Assembly (NCBI GenBank): GCA_963777315.1
Contig: CAVZQC010000002.1
Coordinates: 672,001-736,000 of the forward strand
Direction: 5' to 3'
Source of the DNA: Vulcanimicrobiota bacterium
GTDB taxonomy: Bacteria; Vulcanimicrobiota; Vulcanimicrobiia; Vulcanimicrobiales; Vulcanimicrobiaceae
Length of the DNA stretch: 64,000 nucleotides
Below, piece after piece: positions 59,638 to 64,000 of the stretch. A model generated the notes under the pieces. That model was not told where the DNA came from and did not search any database. It was given only the letters and a program-made list of their open reading frames with translations. Positions within the stretch are counted from its first letter, which is position 1. Every line of letters starts with the position of its first letter. The translations under genes were made by a program, and so were the position numbers.

Positions 59638-61658
59638 CGGCCGGCCTGCTCATCCTGGCCGTCTTTCTGATATTTGCCGCGCTCATGTATACGCGACGAA
59701 TGCCGGCGCTGCTCGCCGTGCCTGCAATGGCGGTGCTGATGGCCTTTGCCGCCGGTGTGCCGCCTGCATCGGTGGGATCGATGATCGCGCTGGGAGCATC
59801 ATCGCTGGCCGGCGTCTACGTCGCGGTGATATTCGGCGCGATGCTCGGGCGCGTCACGCTCGATACGGGCATTGCCAAAAGCATCGTGAACTTTGCCGCG
59901 GAGTTCGCCGGCGAACAGCCGGCGGGGGTTGCGCTGCTGCTCAGCGCAGTCGTCGCGCTGCTTTTCGTCTCGCTTTCGGGTCTGGGAGCGATCATCATGG
60001 TCGGTTCGATCGTGCTGCCGATCATGATGACCACCGGCGTTCCGCGCAAAATCGCCGCGACCATGTTCTTGATGGCGTTCGCGCTGGGCTTCATCTTCAA
60101 CATCGTCAACTGGAAGTTTTACACGCAGTATTTCGGCGTGCAGCAGCAGCAGATGTACGGCTACGCGCTGCTGCTTGCAGCGATCGATCTGGTCGCTCTG
60201 CTGCTGTATGCCGCCGTGTCGTTTCGCCGGCTGCGCGCGTATGCCGCGTGGGCGGTCGCGGCGCAAGAGCCGGCTACGGCGTCGCGGGTGCCGTGGTACG
60301 CTCTCGTCACTCCGGTGCTGCCGATTGTGCTGTACTTCGCGCTGCACCTGGACCCCATTCTGGCTTTTTTGGTTTCCGCGGTCTACGGCGCTTTGGCTAC
60401 GCGGCCGTCACACGCGGTGCAAACGCTGGTGGCCGCGGCGATCCGCGGCGTGGAGGACGTAGCGCCCGCGATCGTCCTGTTCATCGGCATCGGCATGCTG
60501 CTCACGGCAACCAAACAGCCGCAGTTCAGCGCAGCTCTGCGGCCGCTCGTGTCCGCGCACGCGCTGCACGATCCGATCGTGTTCGTCGTTATTTTCGGCT
60601 TGCTCAGCCCGCTCGCGCTCTACCGCGGACCCCTCAATCCGTTCGGAGTGGGCATCGCGGTTTTTACCGTGCTGCTTTCGGCGCACGTCTTCGCGCCCGT
60701 CATTCTGGTGGCTGCGGTGATGGCGGTCGTGCAAGTGCAGAACGTGTGCGATCCGACCAACACCGCCAACGTTTGGGTCGCCAACTTCACCGGCGTGCCG
60801 ATTCACGAGATCACCAAACGAACTTTGCCGTATCAGGTTGCGGTCGCGACGGCCGCGTGCGTGTTGATCGTTGCCGCTGCGCCGGCCGTACTCGGTGCCG
60901 GTCCTTTCGCAGCGCTCGTGTCGCGCGCGCAAGCCGCAGAAAGCGTTTTGCCGGGGCTTTTCGTATCGCCGCGGTCGGCACACCGCTTGGCGGTGGGTGA
61001 CGACGGTTCGCGCGATGCGCGCGCTGCCGTGCCCGTCGTCGTGCGCGAACTGGGAAGCCGGGATCTGCGCGCGTTTTCCTTAAGCGCCGATCCGAATGCC
61101 GGCGATTGCAGCACCAAATCCTATGCAGGCTACGTCACCGTGACTTCAACGCGCTTTACGCTACTCCAGGGAACCGACCTCGACATCGGCCTGCGCCTCT
61201 TCGACTGCGGAGGCTGGGAGGTCGACGAATGGCACGACCACGCCGTTTTTGCATCGCCCACGGTCCGCGACGTTCAGGGTCTTGCCGTGCAGGGCGCTGC
61301 GCGCGTGCGGGATTGGGCACGTGCAAATCCCGACCGCTGGTCGCACCTGCTCGCGCAGGGACTCGCCTACGCGCAGGGCGATCCGGCCACGTATTTTTAT
61401 GCGCTGTTCAAGACCGTGGACGGCAACATGCGCGCGTACGTTCGCGGCGGCGGCCCGGCGTACGCCGCCGGCATGCGCACGAACGACATCGTCAATAAGC
61501 TCGACGGTAAATATTGGTGGGAATACGGCACGTACCAGACGCAGGCGCGCGCGTACGACGGCAAGCCGCATTCCTTCGAGCTGCAGCGCGACGGGGCCAC
61601 CGTGGAGATTCAACTGCCGCCGCAAGGGTGGACTGCGTTCGCGGGTAACTCCCAATAG
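59634..61658 (+). CDS. ion-transporter-superfamily permease (GntP/CitMHS-like) fused to soluble C-terminal PDZ-like domain
   Basis: About 420 aa multi-TM ('DTGIAKSIV','LYRGPLNPFG','CDPTNT') then about 240 aa soluble region with 'VRGGGPAYAAGMRTNDIVNKLDG'. Confidence 0.8.
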   Translation: MTAGLLILAVFLIFAALMYTRRMPALLAVPAMAVLMAFAAGVPPASVGSMIALGASSLAGVYVAVIFGAMLGRVTLDTGIAKSIVNFAAEFAGEQPAGVALLLSAVVALLFVSLSGLGAIIMVGSIVLPIMMTTGVPRKIAATMFLMAFALGFIFNIVNWKFYTQYFGVQQQQMYGYALLLAAIDLVALLLYAAVSFRRLRAYAAWAVAAQEPATASRVPWYALVTPVLPIVLYFALHLDPILAFLVSAVYGALATRPSHAVQTLVAAAIRGVEDVAPAIVLFIGIGMLLTATKQPQFSAALRPLVSAHALHDPIVFVVIFGLLSPLALYRGPLNPFGVGIAVFTVLLSAHVFAPVILVAAVMAVVQVQNVCDPTNTANVWVANFTGVPIHEITKRTLPYQVAVATAACVLIVAAAPAVLGAGPFAALVSRAQAAESVLPGLFVSPRSAHRLAVGDDGSRDARAAVPVVVRELGSRDLRAFSLSADPNAGDCSTKSYAGYVTVTSTRFTLLQGTDLDIGLRLFDCGGWEVDEWHDHAVFASPTVRDVQGLAVQGAARVRDWARANPDRWSHLLAQGLAYAQGDPATYFYALFKTVDGNMRAYVRGGGPAYAAGMRTNDIVNKLDGKYWWEYGTYQTQARAYDGKPHSFELQRDGATVEIQLPPQGWTAFAGNSQ

Positions 61659-61683
61659 CGACGGCATACAAAGCGGAGGGCCG

Positions 61684-62424
61684 ATGTCAGAAGCAAGGGT
61701 TGCGATAGTCACCGGCGGCGCTCGCGGAATCGGCGCCGCCATCACCACGCTCTTGGCCCGCGGCGGCGTACGCGTGGCCGCCGGGTACAGCCGCGACAAA
61801 GCCGCGGCCGAAAAACTGCAGTCGCAGTTGAAGGAAGCCGGCGCGGCGGTTTCGGTTCATCAGGGTCGCGTCGACGATCCGGCGGATTGCGAGCGCGTCG
61901 CTCGGGAAGTGCTCGAGCAGCACGGCCGGGTGGATTACCTTGTGAACAATGCCGGCATCACCGTCGACAAGACGGTGCGCAAGATGTCCGCCGAGGACTG
62001 GCACAACGTGATCAACGTGAACTTGTTCGGTGCGTTCGCGATGACCAAAGCGGTGCTCGAACACATGATCGAACGCGGCTTCGGCCGGATCGTGAACATC
62101 AGTTCGGTCATCGGCGAGACCGGCAACGTCGGCCAAGCCAATTACGCCGCCTCCAAAGCCGGTTTGTTCGGCTTTACCAAAAGCCTGGCGTTGGAAATGG
62201 CCACCAAGGGCGTCACGGTCAATTGCGTCGCGCCCGGCTTCATCGAAACCGAAATGGTCGCCGCCATTCCCCAAGCGACGCTCGCGCGCGTGGTCGAAAA
62301 GATCCCCCAGCGGCGGTTGGGCCGCCCGGAAGACGTAGCGCGAGTCGTTCGCTTTTTACTCGAAGATGATTCGAGTTATGTGACCGGGGCCGTCTATTCG
62401 GTCAACGGCGGTCTGGACATGTAA
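61684..62424 (+). CDS. phaB: acetoacetyl-CoA reductase (SDR)
   Basis: 'VTGGARGIG', 'NNAGIT.D', 'GQANYAASK', 'NGGLDM'; upstream of phaC. Confidence 0.8.
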   Translation: MSEARVAIVTGGARGIGAAITTLLARGGVRVAAGYSRDKAAAEKLQSQLKEAGAAVSVHQGRVDDPADCERVAREVLEQHGRVDYLVNNAGITVDKTVRKMSAEDWHNVINVNLFGAFAMTKAVLEHMIERGFGRIVNISSVIGETGNVGQANYAASKAGLFGFTKSLALEMATKGVTVNCVAPGFIETEMVAAIPQATLARVVEKIPQRRLGRPEDVARVVRFLLEDDSSYVTGAVYSVNGGLDM

Positions 62425-62466
62425 CCCCGCAAGGATTTCGCGCGGTGCGCTAGGTAAATCTAGCAC

Positions 62467-63228
62467 ATGTTTTCTACCATCAGCTCTTTGACCGGTCGCG
62501 TGGGCATCGTGACGGGCGGCGCGCGCGGGATCGGCGGCGCCATTACGACCAGCCTGGTTGCGGACGGTGCAAAAGTGGCCGTAATCGGACTGCAAGCCGA
62601 TCGGGACCGCACTGAGCGGCTGCGCGCAAGCCTCAACGGAACGGCCAAAAGCGTCGCTTTTTACGAAGGCAACGTCGGCGAATACGAGGCGTGCCGCCTA
62701 GCCGTGCAGACCATTGCACGAGAGCACGGGCGAATCGACTTTTTGGTGAACAACGCCGGAATAACCGCGGACCACACAGTTCGCAAGATGACGATCGAAG
62801 AATGGAACGCGGTCCTGCAGGTCAATCTGTCAGGGCCGTTTTTCATGATAAAGGCCGTGCTGGATCGGATGATCGAGCAGAATTACGGGCGCATCGTGAA
62901 CATCAGCTCGGTCGTCGGCTTGAGCGGCAACATCGGACAGGCGAATTACGCTGCGGCCAAAGCCGGCCTAATCGGCCTGACGAAAACGGTCGCGCTCGAG
63001 GTGGCGCAAAAAGGCATCACGGTAAACGCGGTTGCGCCCGGCTTCATCAACACCGACATGGTCGCTGCAATGCCGCAAACGGCTATCGAGGCCGCCACCG
63101 CGCGCACGCCGCTGCGGCGCTTGGGCCAGCCGGCAGAAATTGCGCGCATGGTGCGTTTTCTGATCGACGACGCCAGCGGCTACATCACCGGTTCCGTGCT
63201 CAACGTCAACGGAGGCATGTACATGTAA
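62467..63228 (+). CDS. phaB: acetoacetyl-CoA reductase (SDR), second paralog
   Basis: Same motifs, ends 'NGGMYM'; stop overlaps phaC start. Confidence 0.8.
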   Translation: MFSTISSLTGRVGIVTGGARGIGGAITTSLVADGAKVAVIGLQADRDRTERLRASLNGTAKSVAFYEGNVGEYEACRLAVQTIAREHGRIDFLVNNAGITADHTVRKMTIEEWNAVLQVNLSGPFFMIKAVLDRMIEQNYGRIVNISSVVGLSGNIGQANYAAAKAGLIGLTKTVALEVAQKGITVNAVAPGFINTDMVAAMPQTAIEAATARTPLRRLGQPAEIARMVRFLIDDASGYITGSVLNVNGGMYM

Positions 63229-64000
63229 TGGCCGCGACCATGGCGCCTGAAGATCTGCAATACGGACTGGACGTGACCGCGCTCGACCCGGCTTCGCTGG
63301 GCGATGCGCTGCGCGCAGTCGTAACCGACGCCATGGCCGATCCAACCCGGATGGCGATGTGGATGGCGAACCTCTCGCTCGCGCAGCAAGCCGTAGGGCT
63401 CAACGTACTTCGGCGCATGGGCGGCGAACAGGTCGAGCCAGCCGCGCCGGCTTCCGGCGATAAACGCTTCGCCGACGCGGCGTGGAAAAGCAATCCGCTG
63501 CTGGCGGGGATGCTCGAAGATTACATCGCGCGATCCAAAGCCGCCGCGGCTTTAGTGGAAACCTCACGATTGCCCGACGCCACCAAACGCAAAGCCCGCT
63601 TTGCCATGCAACTGCTCAACGACGCGCTCGCGCCGAGTAACGTGCCGTGGCTCAACCCCGCAGTGGTCAAGGAAGCGATGGACACCGGCGGAGCCAGCCT
63701 GCTGCGAGGCATGCAGAACTTCATGGAAGACGTGAAAGAGAACCGCGGGATGCCGCGGCAAGTCGACTCGTCGGGACATAAGCTCGGAGTCAACCTCGCC
63801 GCGACGCCGGGCCGCATCGTCTTTCGCAACGAGCTGATCGAATTGATCGCGTACGAACCGCAAACGCCCAAAGTCCACGCGATTCCGCTGCTGTGCAGCC
63901 CGCCGTGGATCAACAAGTACTACATCATGGATCTCGCGCCGAAGCGCTCGTTCATCGAGTGGGCGGTTCGCCACGGTCATCAGACGTTTGCGATCAGTTA
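63228..64000 (+). CDS. phaC: polyhydroxyalkanoate synthase class I/II, runs off window
   Basis: Hand translation: 'DKRFADAAWKSNP', 'ALAPSN..WLNP', 'NLAATPGRIVFRNELIELIAY', 'PPWINKYYIMDL'. Confidence 0.93.
   Translation, partial: MAATMAPEDLQYGLDVTALDPASLGDALRAVVTDAMADPTRMAMWMANLSLAQQAVGLNVLRRMGGEQVEPAAPASGDKRFADAAWKSNPLLAGMLEDYIARSKAAAALVETSRLPDATKRKARFAMQLLNDALAPSNVPWLNPAVVKEAMDTGGASLLRGMQNFMEDVKENRGMPRQVDSSGHKLGVNLAATPGRIVFRNELIELIAYEPQTPKVHAIPLLCSPPWINKYYIMDLAPKRSFIEWAVRHGHQTFAIS

Overview
A GC-rich bacterial chromosomal window. The gene repertoire suggests a soil Terrabacteria lineage such as Ca. Eremiobacterota, but this is an unverified inference. From about 11 kb to 64 kb it is mostly core and semi-core genes: comEC, galE-like epimerase, leuS, comEA, two S10 peptidases, rsfS/yqeK/rimI/tsaB/tsaE, gyrA, trxA-selA-selB-add-clpB, typA, tRNA-Sec, galM, ettA, sigK/rskA, GH20 plus permease, and phaB-phaB-phaC. 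The first 8.6 kb is an accessory region. A slot bounded by the 3' end of an Ada-like gene and the 3' end of comEC occurs twice in tandem with completely different, largely truncated cargo, and the two copies meet at a comEC'|geneA' fusion at 4622. Other notable items: a coupled TPR-ATP-grasp / PLP-decarboxylase / PaiB operon facing a secreted N/G/Y-repeat protein next to selC; a permease fused to an extracytoplasmic PDZ-like domain; five +1 frameshifts, four of them at AGCT (probably long-read errors at a methylated motif); and many SD-less starts sharing a short upstream motif. No integrase, transposase, CRISPR array or rRNA was seen. All calls are from motif recognition by eye, with no database searches.
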